Origin: a virus
Taxonomy: Duplodnaviria; Heunggongvirae; Uroviricota; Caudoviricetes
DNA: 64,000 bases
Virus record (IMG/VR): IMGVR_UViG_3300017971_000004
Coordinates: 1-64,000 of that record
Direction: 5' to 3' (one strand)
Shown piece by piece: positions 18,971 to 28,422 of this stretch; the first letter of the stretch is position 1, and every line of letters begins with the position of its first letter. The notes beneath the pieces were generated by a model that did not search any database, had not been told where the DNA came from, and saw only the letters and a list, made by a program, of their open reading frames with translations. Made by a program: the position numbers and the translations under genes.

Positions 18971-20899
18971 CTATCTCCTCTGGAGGTAGACGACTATGCT
19001 CGGGTTGTTGATGGCGCTCCCGTTGCAGTACATCTGGAGTTCATCCCCGGCATTGACATCCACGCTCGCGGACGTGTAACCCTTGTCGACCGCGCTCAAA
19101 GACAGCGAAGCGATGACCGTGGCCGTGTTGTTCTTGCGTACCTGCGCCACCCAGGTCTCGACGCCCGACGTGGCTGCTCCAATGCCGATGATCCTGGCAT
19201 TGAAAGGCAGCACGAAACCCGCCAGGTTCGTCGGAACCATCCCCGGCCCGTTGAGGTAGGCATTGGTGATACTGAATCGCCGCCCCGCTTGAAGAGCGAA
19301 CGTCTCTCCAGCTGCGGCGTTCACCCAGGAGAGGATCCCGCTGCCGTTGGTCTGAAGGATCTCGCCCGCAGCCCCATCGACGTTCGGGAATCGGAAAGGA
19401 TTCGGATTCGCCGTTCCGCACCAGAGGTAACGATCGACCGAAGCATCCCTGCCGAACCAACCGTCGCGTCCGACCCGGAGATCCTGCGACAGGCTGAAGT
19501 CTTGCGGAATGTCCGAATACGCGAAGTAGTGTCTGCCAGTGCTGGCGGCATCGACACCATCCTTGGCCAGAACCGCATCGAAGTGGCTCCAGAGACTGTC
19601 CGAAGCCAGGTGATAGGTGTAATAGTTGTTGTCGAAGCCCTCGACGCGGACATCGTTTCCCTTCGAGAAGACCTCTTCTCCGCCGGCCTGGTTCAGATAG
19701 TAGCAGTAGGCGTCTCCGCGTAGCCCCTGGAGATTGATGTAGTTGTTCTGAAAGCGCTTCTCGCGTCCCTGCGAGAGCGCGTTGTAGAAGACCACCGTTC
19801 CGGCATAACCTGCGTGGTACTGCTCGACCTCGACCCGGCAGTCGCGCATCTCGATGGCGCAGACGCCGCTGGGATCGTCATCAATGATGACGACGCGGTC
19901 GTCGACATCGTTGTTCCGCATCCGCAGCTCGGAGTTGAACACGCGCAGGGAAGCCCCATCGTTGACGTAGAACATCCGCTGGACGTTGGCTCCGATGGGT
20001 GTCGAGCCCGTGTCGCATAGGAAGGTGCAGTTGTCGAAGACGACGTTGCCCGACCGGAACTCCAGCGCGGTCCCGAAGCCGCCACCGAGATCGTACTGGA
20101 AGTGGCAGTTGAAGAAGCGCTGATCGTAGGCTCCGGCGCTGCTGGGAACGGTCATGATGGGATCGATACTGCCGGGATTGCCGCTTTTCCCGGAGATGAG
20201 CATGTTCTCGACGTAGAAATCGGAGAGAGGGGGGCACAGGAGCGCCCGCGCCGAGTCCTGGTGCAGCTCGACCGGCTGATGCTTGTCCCCGAGGCCCCGC
20301 AGATGGATCCAGTTCGTCATCGTCACGGTCTCGATGTAACGACCTGGACCGATCTGGATGACGTACTGCTTGTTTTGGGTCGCGTCTGTGATCGAGCTGA
20401 CAGCCGCCTGGATGGTCAGCTTGGCGTCGTAGATGGAGCGACCTCCGTTGGCGTCGTTGCCATGCTTGGCCACGTAGACAGTCTGGATCTCCGTCCAGGG
20501 TAGCACTCCTCCGGGAGCCGGCGCGAACCCGAAGGTGGTCGGCGTGAGAGCGGTCAGGACGTGGGTCGGAGTCAGCCCGGACGCGAGATGCATCGGACCG
20601 ACGAGATCATGAGGGACAACGGTGCCGAGGATCTCCGACAGGTCCCGTCTCCGCAGCTCGCGGATCTGGTTCGGTGTCAAGACCGTCGTGTCGATGATGG
20701 CCTGGACCTTACCGCGTTCGACATAGCTGGCCAACGTGTCGAGATAGAGCTTGTCGAACTGGACCAAGCGGACCGCGATGGAAACCGTGGTCTGGGGAGC
20801 CACCACGGTACGCGGTCCATCTTCTCCTTCACCCTCGATGGAGACGTTCTCGCCCCGCAGAATGAGACTTCGGATTCGGAGCAGTGTGTCCAAGCTCAT
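18971..20899 (-). CDS. tailspike / depolymerase-like protein with parallel beta-helix (642 aa)
   Basis: VYVAKHGNDANGGRS, then repeated N..F / NC.F rungs (FFNCHFQYD, VFDNCTFLCD, RVFNSELRMRNND) typical of pectate-lyase-fold tailspikes. Confidence 0.55.
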   Translation of the reverse strand: MSLDTLLRIRSLILRGENVSIEGEGEDGPRTVVAPQTTVSIAVRLVQFDKLYLDTLASYVERGKVQAIIDTTVLTPNQIRELRRRDLSEILGTVVPHDLVGPMHLASGLTPTHVLTALTPTTFGFAPAPGGVLPWTEIQTVYVAKHGNDANGGRSIYDAKLTIQAAVSSITDATQNKQYVIQIGPGRYIETVTMTNWIHLRGLGDKHQPVELHQDSARALLCPPLSDFYVENMLISGKSGNPGSIDPIMTVPSSAGAYDQRFFNCHFQYDLGGGFGTALEFRSGNVVFDNCTFLCDTGSTPIGANVQRMFYVNDGASLRVFNSELRMRNNDVDDRVVIIDDDPSGVCAIEMRDCRVEVEQYHAGYAGTVVFYNALSQGREKRFQNNYINLQGLRGDAYCYYLNQAGGEEVFSKGNDVRVEGFDNNYYTYHLASDSLWSHFDAVLAKDGVDAASTGRHYFAYSDIPQDFSLSQDLRVGRDGWFGRDASVDRYLWCGTANPNPFRFPNVDGAAGEILQTNGSGILSWVNAAAGETFALQAGRRFSITNAYLNGPGMVPTNLAGFVLPFNARIIGIGAATSGVETWVAQVRKNNTATVIASLSLSAVDKGYTSASVDVNAGDELQMYCNGSAINNPSIVVYLQRR

Positions 20900-20905
20900 C
20901 TCGGC

Positions 20906-21199
20906 CTACCTGTCGCCCTCCAGCACACGATGGGCCATCTGGGCGTCTCGCAAGTTCCGGGAGGTGTTGTCTTCCGGTTCGGCCACGACGGGCTCCATGA
21001 CCTCCCACTCGCTGTTCCACGGCTCTCCGGGAAGATCGGGGGCGATGTCGTCGCTCGAAGAGCTTTCCTCGACGAGGTCCTCGACCTCGACGGGCTCGCC
21101 CGACATCTCCATCTCGATCTCGACCTCGAACCCGGCTGTCTCGCGAGCCTTGCGCCGCAGCTCCTGGAGACTGGCGCTCGTCAGACCGGATTTTTTCAT
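20906..21199 (-). CDS. acidic hypothetical protein (97 aa)
   Basis: Minus ORF, Glu/Asp-rich. Confidence 0.4.
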   Translation of the reverse strand: MKKSGLTSASLQELRRKARETAGFEVEIEMEMSGEPVEVEDLVEESSSSDDIAPDLPGEPWNSEWEVMEPVVAEPEDNTSRNLRDAQMAHRVLEGDR

Positions 21200-21260
21200 G
21201 AGTATCCTCCTCGATGAAGGATACTATAGCACTCGACTGTTCGGATTCTTAAAGAGAGTC

Positions 21261-21578
21261 CTATTCGACTCGGAAAGTCGAACGAGCGAACTCGGGGACG
21301 AAGGAGATCTGCGCGATGACGGCCCTGGTCTTCGGATAGTAGACGACGCTCACCTCGATGCCGCCCGTCGAGGCGTCGATGGCGGTCCCCTCCTCGTATG
21401 GTTTCAGCGAATTGATGAGACTCATCACCGTGACATAGATGTCCTTCTCGGTGGGGACCTCTCCTCGATCCCAACCCCATCGCATCACGCGATAGAACGG
21501 AGCCACGCGCTCCGCGAAGTCGTTGGCCTTCAGCTCCAGCTGGGTCTTGGCCTGGTCCAGGATCTCTTGTGTGAGCAT
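21261..21578 (-). CDS. hypothetical protein (105 aa)
   Basis: AAGGAGGG RBS; two TGATATATAGACAG / TATATTGACAG promoter-like elements upstream (21590..21630). Confidence 0.45.
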   Translation of the reverse strand: MLTQEILDQAKTQLELKANDFAERVAPFYRVMRWGWDRGEVPTEKDIYVTVMSLINSLKPYEEGTAIDASTGGIEVSVVYYPKTRAVIAQISFVPEFARSTFRVE

Positions 21579-21637
21579 TTTGCCCTCCTTGATTCTGTCT
21601 ATATATCAAGAAGGGTGGGTTCTGTCAATATAGAAAG

Positions 21638-22126
21638 CTAGTAGCCGGCGTAGTCGAGGACCTCTTCCCAGAAGTCGTTCAGCCCACGTTCCGAGCGGAA
21701 GGTCTCGATATCGACGATGTCGACAGAGCGTCGGGCCGTGACCCGCAGAACAGCTCCGTCCTCGGGGTAGAGCAGGAAGCTCTCACGTCCGACTTTGACC
21801 TCGTCGGCAGGGTCCTCGTAGTAGAGCTGCTGCGCCAGCCGATAGGCCCAATCGTCCTCGATGTCTTCGAAATCGACATCGACGCCACCCTGTCGCATCG
21901 GAGGCATCGGACGACCCGGCAACGGAGTCGCTCCCGGCGGCAGGTTGCCGGAGGGCTGCGCGTTGGGGTTGTACGGTCCAAGCATGTGGGCATTCGCGCG
22001 AGCGTACTCGGAGGTGTTGGCTTCGATCCTCAGCAGGGAATCGTCCACGAGACCGAGATACGCCTCCTCGGGCTTGCCTTCGCAGAACCAACGGCCTTGA
22101 TGCGTTCCGATATCGTCTCGCGGCAT
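21638..22126 (-). CDS. hypothetical protein (162 aa)
   Basis: Minus ORF. Confidence 0.45.
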   Translation of the reverse strand: MPRDDIGTHQGRWFCEGKPEEAYLGLVDDSLLRIEANTSEYARANAHMLGPYNPNAQPSGNLPPGATPLPGRPMPPMRQGGVDVDFEDIEDDWAYRLAQQLYYEDPADEVKVGRESFLLYPEDGAVLRVTARRSVDIVDIETFRSERGLNDFWEEVLDYAGY

Positions 22127-22129
22127 GAT

Positions 22130-22528
22130 CTACTCCGCCATGATGTTCTCGGCGATCTCGTTCCAGTCCACCTCGGAGAGAGCGGCGTTCAGCAGATCGC
22201 TGAAGACCCCTTGGTCCTGCAACCCCATCTCGGAGGCCATCTCGTCGTGATAGTCCTTGAGCCGCTCCGCGAGTTCGTAGCGGACCAGATCATCGTCCGT
22301 GACGCTCTCCGGGGTGAACTCGCTGCGGAGCCCTTGATCCTGGGATTCCTCCCGCAGCTCCGCCAGAGTCTCTCGCCAGTACTCGTAGGAGCCCTGGTCG
22401 TTGTCGAGCCAGAGCGCTACCGCCCAGGTCTCGTAGTTCTTCCAGCCCTGGTAGCCTTCTTCCTGCGCCTTGACCTGCTTGGCGACCCGCTTCAGGCCCT
22501 CGTCCGCGATTCCACGTTCCATCGGCAT
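22130..22528 (-). CDS. hypothetical acidic protein (132 aa)
   Basis: Minus ORF. Confidence 0.45.
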   Translation of the reverse strand: MPMERGIADEGLKRVAKQVKAQEEGYQGWKNYETWAVALWLDNDQGSYEYWRETLAELREESQDQGLRSEFTPESVTDDDLVRYELAERLKDYHDEMASEMGLQDQGVFSDLLNAALSEVDWNEIAENIMAE

Positions 22529-22577
22529 TGTTCGTACCTCCGTAGAGATTAATCTATCATAACCACTGTCGGAAATC

Positions 22578-22997
22578 TTAATTCGTGGCGCACTCCCCGA
22601 AGCAGCGCTCGCAGAGCAAAATGTTGGGCTCGTCGGAAACCTCGACGGCTCCGCATCTCGGGCAGATGATGACCGGATCGATCATGGCGCGTAGGTTGGT
22701 GATCACACGACCCCGTACCTTGGACGCGGCCAGTACTTTTCGATGCAGCTCCGTCATCGCTTCCAGGGCTTGCGAGAAATAGCTCTCCGTCTTGTCCGAC
22801 CCCTCCTGGATGTACCGGAAGGTCTCGACCGTCCGCGAGGCTGTACGGGCCGTCTGGAGCGCCTCGTGGGCCGTCTGCTCCATCGCGGAGAGACGCCGTC
22901 GAGCATCTTCCAGATCGATCTCCAACTGGGCCGAGTGCTTCTCCTCTTCCTTCAGCCTCTTGACGAGCTGATCCTTGGTCAGGCGGTTCAAGCTCAT
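22578..22997 (-). CDS. coiled-coil protein with C-terminal Cys4 zinc ribbon (139 aa)
   Basis: CPRCG...CERCFGEC. Confidence 0.45.
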   Translation of the reverse strand: MSLNRLTKDQLVKRLKEEEKHSAQLEIDLEDARRRLSAMEQTAHEALQTARTASRTVETFRYIQEGSDKTESYFSQALEAMTELHRKVLAASKVRGRVITNLRAMIDPVIICPRCGAVEVSDEPNILLCERCFGECATN

Positions 22998-23031
22998 GCC
23001 ACACCTCCTACCTTGAAGATACAGGATTGGA

Positions 23032-23385
23032 TCAGTACAAGGTGACCGGATACGGATAGCTCTTGAAGTAGTCCTCCAACGAGCTTGGATCGTAGTCGGT
23101 CATGTAGCCGGTTTCGGCTGGAGTTGGTTCGGTGGGCGCGGTCTCGGGCGTCGTGATGTAGTCCTCCAGCATGTCGATCTCGGACTTGAGGGCGTCGAGT
23201 TCCTGCTGGGTGAGGATGTTGGTCTCGTTGAAGTAGTCGATCCACTGCCTGAGCGTGTCGATATCGCGCTGCATCTGGGCCATGTCGACCTCGGGAGCCG
23301 GCGGCTGCGACGGAACCGGACGAAGTGCCGGCGCGGCCTGCGCGATGCGCTTGAATCCTGCGGCGTCGATTCGTGGCAACCTCAT
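23032..23385 (-). CDS. hypothetical protein (117 aa)
   Basis: Minus ORF. Confidence 0.4.
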   Translation of the reverse strand: MRLPRIDAAGFKRIAQAAPALRPVPSQPPAPEVDMAQMQRDIDTLRQWIDYFNETNILTQQELDALKSEIDMLEDYITTPETAPTEPTPAETGYMTDYDPSSLEDYFKSYPYPVTLY

Positions 23386-23418
23386 GCTGCATAATGTATC
23401 ACGGCTCCTGTCGGAAAT

Positions 23419-24321
23419 CTAAACTATCGAAGTGCCTCGGACAACGTCTCGTAACTTGTTGATCTTCTTCGTCAGCTCGTTGCGGCGCTCCTGCTCGGCC
23501 TCGATCGTCTTGCGAACTTCCTCCAGCTCGGCTTCGAGCTTGGCCAGTTTGTGTTGCAGAATCTCGGTCAGCTCCTCCTCGTCCTCCATCAGAAACTCGA
23601 CGACAGGGTTGAGGCCGGTGGATCTTGGGCCGGTGGGAGGGGGAGGCGGCGCGGGATGAGGGTCGCGTTTGCCGCCCATTCCCGCAGTCAGCTGCATCTC
23701 CTGGATGCGCGTTTGCAGCACCTTTTCGACATAGGGCGTCAGACGGTGTATGCCAATGTAGTTGGCGACATTATCCAGGGAATCGAAGCCCTCGACAATC
23801 TCCTTGAACTCCTCGTCGGGGACGCTGCCGATGCGATGTCGCACTACTGACTGAAGGTCCGAGTAGTCGAGTCCCAACTCGATGAGACGGTCTCGGAGCA
23901 CGATGGAGTTCTTGCCGCCGAACTTCTCCTGGCCGATGGACTTGAAGACCTGCCGTAGCGAGGTTGCGCCCTTGAGATGCTTTCTCAGCTCCTCGACCGG
24001 AAAAGCCATGATCTTCTCATCGATGGAGCCATCCAGGTTTTTCATCGAGGTTTTCTCCTTCTCTTTGACCAGTTCGGAAATGGGGACCGAGAGACGCGTG
24101 GCGCGGTGACGCCTTGGTGGGGCGGGTTCTTTCTTGAGGTAGGGCAGTTTTAGCCCCAACGATTTTGCTCGTTTTCGGAACTTGCGGACGTTTCCGCTGA
24201 TGGTGGGGACATCCATCCGCGCCAGCGCCATCTCGATGTCGGATGAACTTTTTGCAGCCTCGCAGAAGACCTTGTCCGAGACATCGTTGATGCCCCGTTT
24301 TTTCCTTGGATTTTGCGTCAT
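23419..24321 (-). CDS. hypothetical protein (300 aa)
   Basis: Basic N-terminus, poly-Pro linker, C-terminal coiled coil. Confidence 0.45.
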   Translation of the reverse strand: MTQNPRKKRGINDVSDKVFCEAAKSSSDIEMALARMDVPTISGNVRKFRKRAKSLGLKLPYLKKEPAPPRRHRATRLSVPISELVKEKEKTSMKNLDGSIDEKIMAFPVEELRKHLKGATSLRQVFKSIGQEKFGGKNSIVLRDRLIELGLDYSDLQSVVRHRIGSVPDEEFKEIVEGFDSLDNVANYIGIHRLTPYVEKVLQTRIQEMQLTAGMGGKRDPHPAPPPPPTGPRSTGLNPVVEFLMEDEEELTEILQHKLAKLEAELEEVRKTIEAEQERRNELTKKINKLRDVVRGTSIV

Positions 24322-25001
24322 GTAGCCCTCATGAGTTCCTGGTAATCGAAGCCGTCCACGTCCTGGATGAAGATGGTGCTCGACGAGAAGCCCTGGACCA
24401 CGTTGTCCAGCAGGAAAACGTGCGATGGGATGCTGATCGTCCCGTGAACGAAGTCGATGCCCCTTGTCGTCGGCTTCCAGAGACCGCTGGTGCGCTTCTT
24501 GCCGGTCTCATCCACGCCGGTCATGGCCAACTTCCAGCAGGTGATGTAGCTGTAGTCGCGACCTCGGAACTTGCACTTCTGGTACGAGACCCAGTCGTGC
24601 GTCTCCTCGTAGAGCTTCACCAATGAGGTCAAGAACATCGCCATGTTGGCGTTGAGCTTGCGCTTGTAGAGCTTCACATACTGGCCGCAGCAGGGACACT
24701 CGATTCCCTTCTCGCGCCTGTGCTCAACCAGCTCCTTCGCCGCTGCGAGGCTCATTCCTTTCGCGTAGCCCTCGTAGGTGAAGCGCGGCCCCCATTCCTC
24801 TACGTATTTGGGATCGGTCGGGATGGTGAAGCCCTCCAGAGTCGAAATCAGCGTGACATTGCCGCCGACGAACTGGAGGAGGGCCGGCACGACGACCTGC
24901 ATGTTCTTGAGCTTGACCCAGCGGTACTGCTTGTCGGTTCGCTTGGTGCCATGATCGGTTCGGATAACAGGGGCCTCCAAGGACCAGTCCACGCTCTCCA
25001 T
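24318..25001 (-). CDS. hypothetical protein with CPCCG motif (227 aa)
   Basis: Minus ORF, ATGA-coupled. Confidence 0.45.
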   Translation of the reverse strand: MESVDWSLEAPVIRTDHGTKRTDKQYRWVKLKNMQVVVPALLQFVGGNVTLISTLEGFTIPTDPKYVEEWGPRFTYEGYAKGMSLAAAKELVEHRREKGIECPCCGQYVKLYKRKLNANMAMFLTSLVKLYEETHDWVSYQKCKFRGRDYSYITCWKLAMTGVDETGKKRTSGLWKPTTRGIDFVHGTISIPSHVFLLDNVVQGFSSSTIFIQDVDGFDYQELMRAT

Positions 25002-25082
25002 TTAGAACCTCCACATATAGGATCGCATACGCCCCCTCCTTATATCGGAAGAGACGTATGCTGTCAAGTAGATTAAGCTAGG

Positions 25083-25439
25083 TTAGAATAAGGGTGGGCT
25101 CTTAGTATGAACGTGAAAGCCCTCCATGTCGTCCAGATACTGCTGGCTGTACTCGCCGCAGTAGCAGGACCGGCAGAGAACGACCTTCAGGTTCTTGCCG
25201 CTCTTACGGACCCGGATGATGGAACCGGGCTCACCGCAGACAGAGCACTCCGGGGCCTCCAGCCAGTGCTCCAGGCACAGGACGCCCTCGGGAGTCTGCC
25301 GACAGTCGCGCTCGATGCAGCCTTCGATCAGGCAGGGAGCGGGATAGACCGGTTCCTCGAAACGAACCATCCACTCGACGGTCCGCTCGACATCCTCCGG
25401 CAGCCGCAGCGCTGCCTGCTGGTGTCGCATCCGAGGCAT
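25083..25439 (-). CDS. Cys-rich hypothetical protein (118 aa)
   Basis: Multiple CxxC pairs (CSVCG...CRSCYCG). Confidence 0.4.
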   Translation of the reverse strand: MPRMRHQQAALRLPEDVERTVEWMVRFEEPVYPAPCLIEGCIERDCRQTPEGVLCLEHWLEAPECSVCGEPGSIIRVRKSGKNLKVVLCRSCYCGEYSQQYLDDMEGFHVHTKSPPLF

Positions 25440-25574
25440 GTTTCGAAACCCATTGACTTCATGTTACCCAACGAGCTATTTTGTAGCTTCAGTGCCAGCG
25501 AGATGGCTTCAAAATCTCGACTCCCGTACACATTCTCATCAGATACTCATAGTGTCCGAAAGTTCCGAAACGGA

Positions 25575-26132
25575 CTACTTTTTCTTCATGATCTCGTCAA
25601 GCTTGTCGGGCAGGAGAGGACGCTGCTGCACCGGAGGCGGCTCAGGAGCGGCCAGGAGCTGTTCCAAGGGGCTGGGAACAGATTTGGGCATCTTGGGCTC
25701 GGGGAGCATCTCCGAGACGTCCTCGGCGGCTCCCTCACCGTAGAAGTCATCGGCGTCACCGTCCCCATCTCCATCGGCAGCCGCCGGAAGTCCGAACAGC
25801 TCTTCCGGCGACATCAGCTCTCCCGATCCACTTCCGAAGCCACCACCCATCATGGGATAGCCCATGCCACCACCCCATTGGTTCCCGACATACATGAGCA
25901 GCAACGACTTCCGGAGGTTCTGTATCTCCCCGTAAAGCCGGGTTTCGCTCTGCTTCAAGGAATCGATTTCGGCCTGGAGGACCTCGTAGCTGGTTTCGGC
26001 CTTCTCCCCGCCATTGTCCAGCCATGCGACGAATCCCGGCGTTGAGAGGACGGCGACGATGATCGTAGCCACGGAACCGACAGTAAAGTGTTTTCCAGTA
26101 ACTTTTCCAGGCGGTTGCGACTCGGAGTTCAT
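25575..26132 (-). CDS. membrane-anchored Gly/Met-rich protein (185 aa)
   Basis: Start MNSESQ (ATG 26132, ATGA overlap); TM helix VGSVATIIVAVLSTPGFVAW; GGGMGYPMMGGGFGSGSG low-complexity region. Confidence 0.4.
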   Translation of the reverse strand: MNSESQPPGKVTGKHFTVGSVATIIVAVLSTPGFVAWLDNGGEKAETSYEVLQAEIDSLKQSETRLYGEIQNLRKSLLLMYVGNQWGGGMGYPMMGGGFGSGSGELMSPEELFGLPAAADGDGDGDADDFYGEGAAEDVSEMLPEPKMPKSVPSPLEQLLAAPEPPPVQQRPLLPDKLDEIMKKK

Positions 26133-26428
26133 CGTTCGATCTCCTCTTCCGGCTCTTCTGGAAACAGCTCGGCCCCGCAATCATGACAGGTCTCCGGGGG
26201 CGGTTGCTGCACCGTAAAACCGGTCTCCGGATCTTCGGCATACTGCTCGTAGGGGTTGAAAGCTCCGCATTCGGGACAGACGGGAGCACCGAGCCCGAAG
26301 TCTTTGAGAACGGTGCGTCGAAACTGACCTCCAGGACCACGCTTCTGAACCAGCTTGGAAGGGCGCTTGTAGTCCTTCTGCGCGATGCGATGGAGACCTG
26401 CGTCGGTAAGAGTCGGATACCTCTTCAT
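26129..26428 (-). CDS. zinc-ribbon protein (99 aa)
   Basis: CPECG...CHDCG. Confidence 0.4.
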   Translation of the reverse strand: MKRYPTLTDAGLHRIAQKDYKRPSKLVQKRGPGGQFRRTVLKDFGLGAPVCPECGAFNPYEQYAEDPETGFTVQQPPPETCHDCGAELFPEEPEEEIER

Positions 26429-26429
26429 C

Positions 26430-26765
26430 TCACCTCCGCCAGTGCGCCCGCTTCTCGGCCTCCGCTTCCATCTCGTCCAGGTAGGTGTAGTAGTCGTCGA
26501 ACTCGGTCAGATGGTCGAGGGCGATCTCCAGGGCGACGTAAGGGTCGTCAGTATGCTCCATCTCGACTTCGACGCCCATCTTGAGTTGTTCGAGATCGAA
26601 GTCGGCAGGTCTGGCCCGGTCGCCGTAACCGCCCTCCAGCTCGTCCTCGAACTTGTCCATGTCGATGCCGAACTCCTCTTTCAGCATCTTCCGGCATGGA
26701 CAGCCTTCTTCGGCCATCTGGGAGAGCCGGCGACGATGCTCGGATGTGAGTCCTGGACGGCTCAT
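26430..26765 (-). CDS. hypothetical acidic protein (111 aa)
   Basis: Minus ORF. Confidence 0.4.
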   Translation of the reverse strand: MSRPGLTSEHRRRLSQMAEEGCPCRKMLKEEFGIDMDKFEDELEGGYGDRARPADFDLEQLKMGVEVEMEHTDDPYVALEIALDHLTEFDDYYTYLDEMEAEAEKRAHWRR

Positions 26766-27034
26766 TTCTCGCGCTCCTTGCGTTTCGCCCGCGCCGGCCC
26801 TCGGTAGCCGGGGAACAGGCCGACATCGTCGGCGAAGCGCTGAAGGACCAGCTGGGTCACGGTCGGCGACTCGCCCCGCAGCTCGGCACCGATCCTCTGG
26901 ATGATCTCCTCGGCGCGGGCTTCCTCTTCCGCGCCAACATCCGGCTGCGTCGGAATTTCGACGTCCATGCCGATTTCTTGAGCGATACGAGACATCGCTC
27001 GGTCCGACAGGTTGTGGTGCTCCTTGAACTCCAT
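26762..27034 (-). CDS. hypothetical protein (90 aa)
   Basis: Minus ORF, ATGA-coupled. Confidence 0.4.
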   Translation of the reverse strand: MEFKEHHNLSDRAMSRIAQEIGMDVEIPTQPDVGAEEEARAEEIIQRIGAELRGESPTVTQLVLQRFADDVGLFPGYRGPARAKRKEREK

Positions 27035-27193
27035 GACTACCTCCAGCGGTTAATGTATCACGAGTTCAGGTGGGATTTCTAAAATCCAACTTCTTGTTCT
27101 TGCGGTGCTGGACCCACTTGCAGACGGCGTAGCCCAGGCCGAACCCGCAGACGAGGAAGGCCAGGTGGGTGACGGCGAACAGGATGAGCCAGA

Positions 27194-27943
27194 TCATGCC
27201 AGGAGATCCCCGACGTAGTCGACCTCCTTGTCCCATGCGCAGAGGACGTAGTAGAAGTCGCCGAACGGGCTCTTGGCGAGCAGGATGGGGTCTCCCTTGG
27301 GAGTTTTTTCAAACAAATCCGGATGGGCGATGATGGAGAGCTTGACCTCGGGCTGTATGTCCAGGGCATCGGCGGTCACGCGTTCGAAGATCTCCTTGAA
27401 CCTCTTGATCTCTTCGAGAACCTCCTCTGGGAAATCTGCCAGGAACCGGCTCGTCGATTGGTGATCGAGCTTGTACTTCTTGCAGAGCGTGTCGATTCGT
27501 TCCTTGGTCGTAGTCTTCCAAGGGATGAGATGCTTGACCTTCGGATAGAGCTTCCGTGCCCGCAAGACCTCGATGGCATGCGCCAAGTCTACGGGAAGGC
27601 CGCTTCGGAGGGTTTCGGAGTAGAGGAGTGCTTTTTCCTCCAGGATACGAAGCTTTACGTCCAGATCTTCGACATTCACCTCGACGTTGGCCTCGACTTG
27701 GTGGATGATTTCGATGGGAAGCACTTTCGCACGGTCGTCCTCTAACTCACCAGCCGGCTCACCGGTCGTGAGCATCACGCTGTTGACGTTCGAAACCGCT
27801 TCGAACATCATCTCTCCTTCTTCTGCTCTCCTGAGTCGGGTGCGCCTTCCCATGACGGCAGCCGACAAGAAATGTGGACGCTTCGGATCCAGCGACTTCT
27901 TGAGCCTGCGTCGACGAAACCAATCCTTGATTCGTTGAAACAT
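27194..27943 (-). CDS. hypothetical protein (249 aa)
   Basis: Minus ORF; ATG 27943 lies 12 nt downstream of the tRNA. Confidence 0.45.
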   Translation of the reverse strand: MFQRIKDWFRRRRLKKSLDPKRPHFLSAAVMGRRTRLRRAEEGEMMFEAVSNVNSVMLTTGEPAGELEDDRAKVLPIEIIHQVEANVEVNVEDLDVKLRILEEKALLYSETLRSGLPVDLAHAIEVLRARKLYPKVKHLIPWKTTTKERIDTLCKKYKLDHQSTSRFLADFPEEVLEEIKRFKEIFERVTADALDIQPEVKLSIIAHPDLFEKTPKGDPILLAKSPFGDFYYVLCAWDKEVDYVGDLLA

Positions 27944-27954
27944 CGTGCACCTCC

Positions 27955-28029
27955 TGGTGACCCCAGCCGGAATCGAACCGGCGTTCCCAGATCGAAAGTC
28001 TGGTAGCCTAACCGCTAGCTGATGGGGCC
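27955..28029 (-). tRNA. tRNA-Glu (anticodon UUC), CCA encoded
   Basis: Reverse complement GGCCCCA-TC-AGCT-AGCGGTTA-GGCT-A-CCAGA-CTTTCGA-TCTGG-GAAC-GCCGG-TTCGATT-CCGGC-TGGGGTC-A-CCA folds as a canonical cloverleaf (7-bp acceptor with one G-U, canonical T-loop, anticodon loop C-U-UUC-G-A). Confidence 0.7.
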
Positions 28030-28422
28030 AGCTTCTCCTTTCAAGATGTCCTCGACTTCGCAGATGACGATCATCGCTGCGCCCATCCTGGTATCGGCGC
28101 GACTCTTGATACGCTCTTCCAGGTTAGGAGGAAAGCCTTCCACGAGGGCTTCCAACTGCTCGATGATCTCGTGGTAGTTCTTGGACGAAAAACCATACTC
28201 GTCCTTCGCCTGCTGGCTCAGCATGAGGCTCCGCGACTTGTAGTCGAGCCGGCGCAGCCACCCCTTCCTGGTGAGCGCTTTGAGATGGTCGATGACTCCA
28301 TTCGTGGACCGGATGTCGAAGGCTGCACCGATTTCCCGAATGGTGGGGGCCATCTCCTTCTCTCGCATGAACTCCACGATGAAGTCCATGATCGACTTCT
28401 GCCTGTTCGTCAGCCCGATCAT
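28015..28422 (-). CDS. LexA-like winged-HTH repressor, DNA-binding domain only (136 aa)
   Basis: [53 protein letters not shown] mirrors the LexA N-terminal domain (compare E. coli [51 protein letters not shown]). No S24 peptidase Ser/Lys dyad. 3' end overlaps the tRNA by ~15 nt. Confidence 0.55.
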   Translation of the reverse strand: MIGLTNRQKSIMDFIVEFMREKEMAPTIREIGAAFDIRSTNGVIDHLKALTRKGWLRRLDYKSRSLMLSQQAKDEYGFSSKNYHEIIEQLEALVEGFPPNLEERIKSRADTRMGAAMIVICEVEDILKGEAGPIS

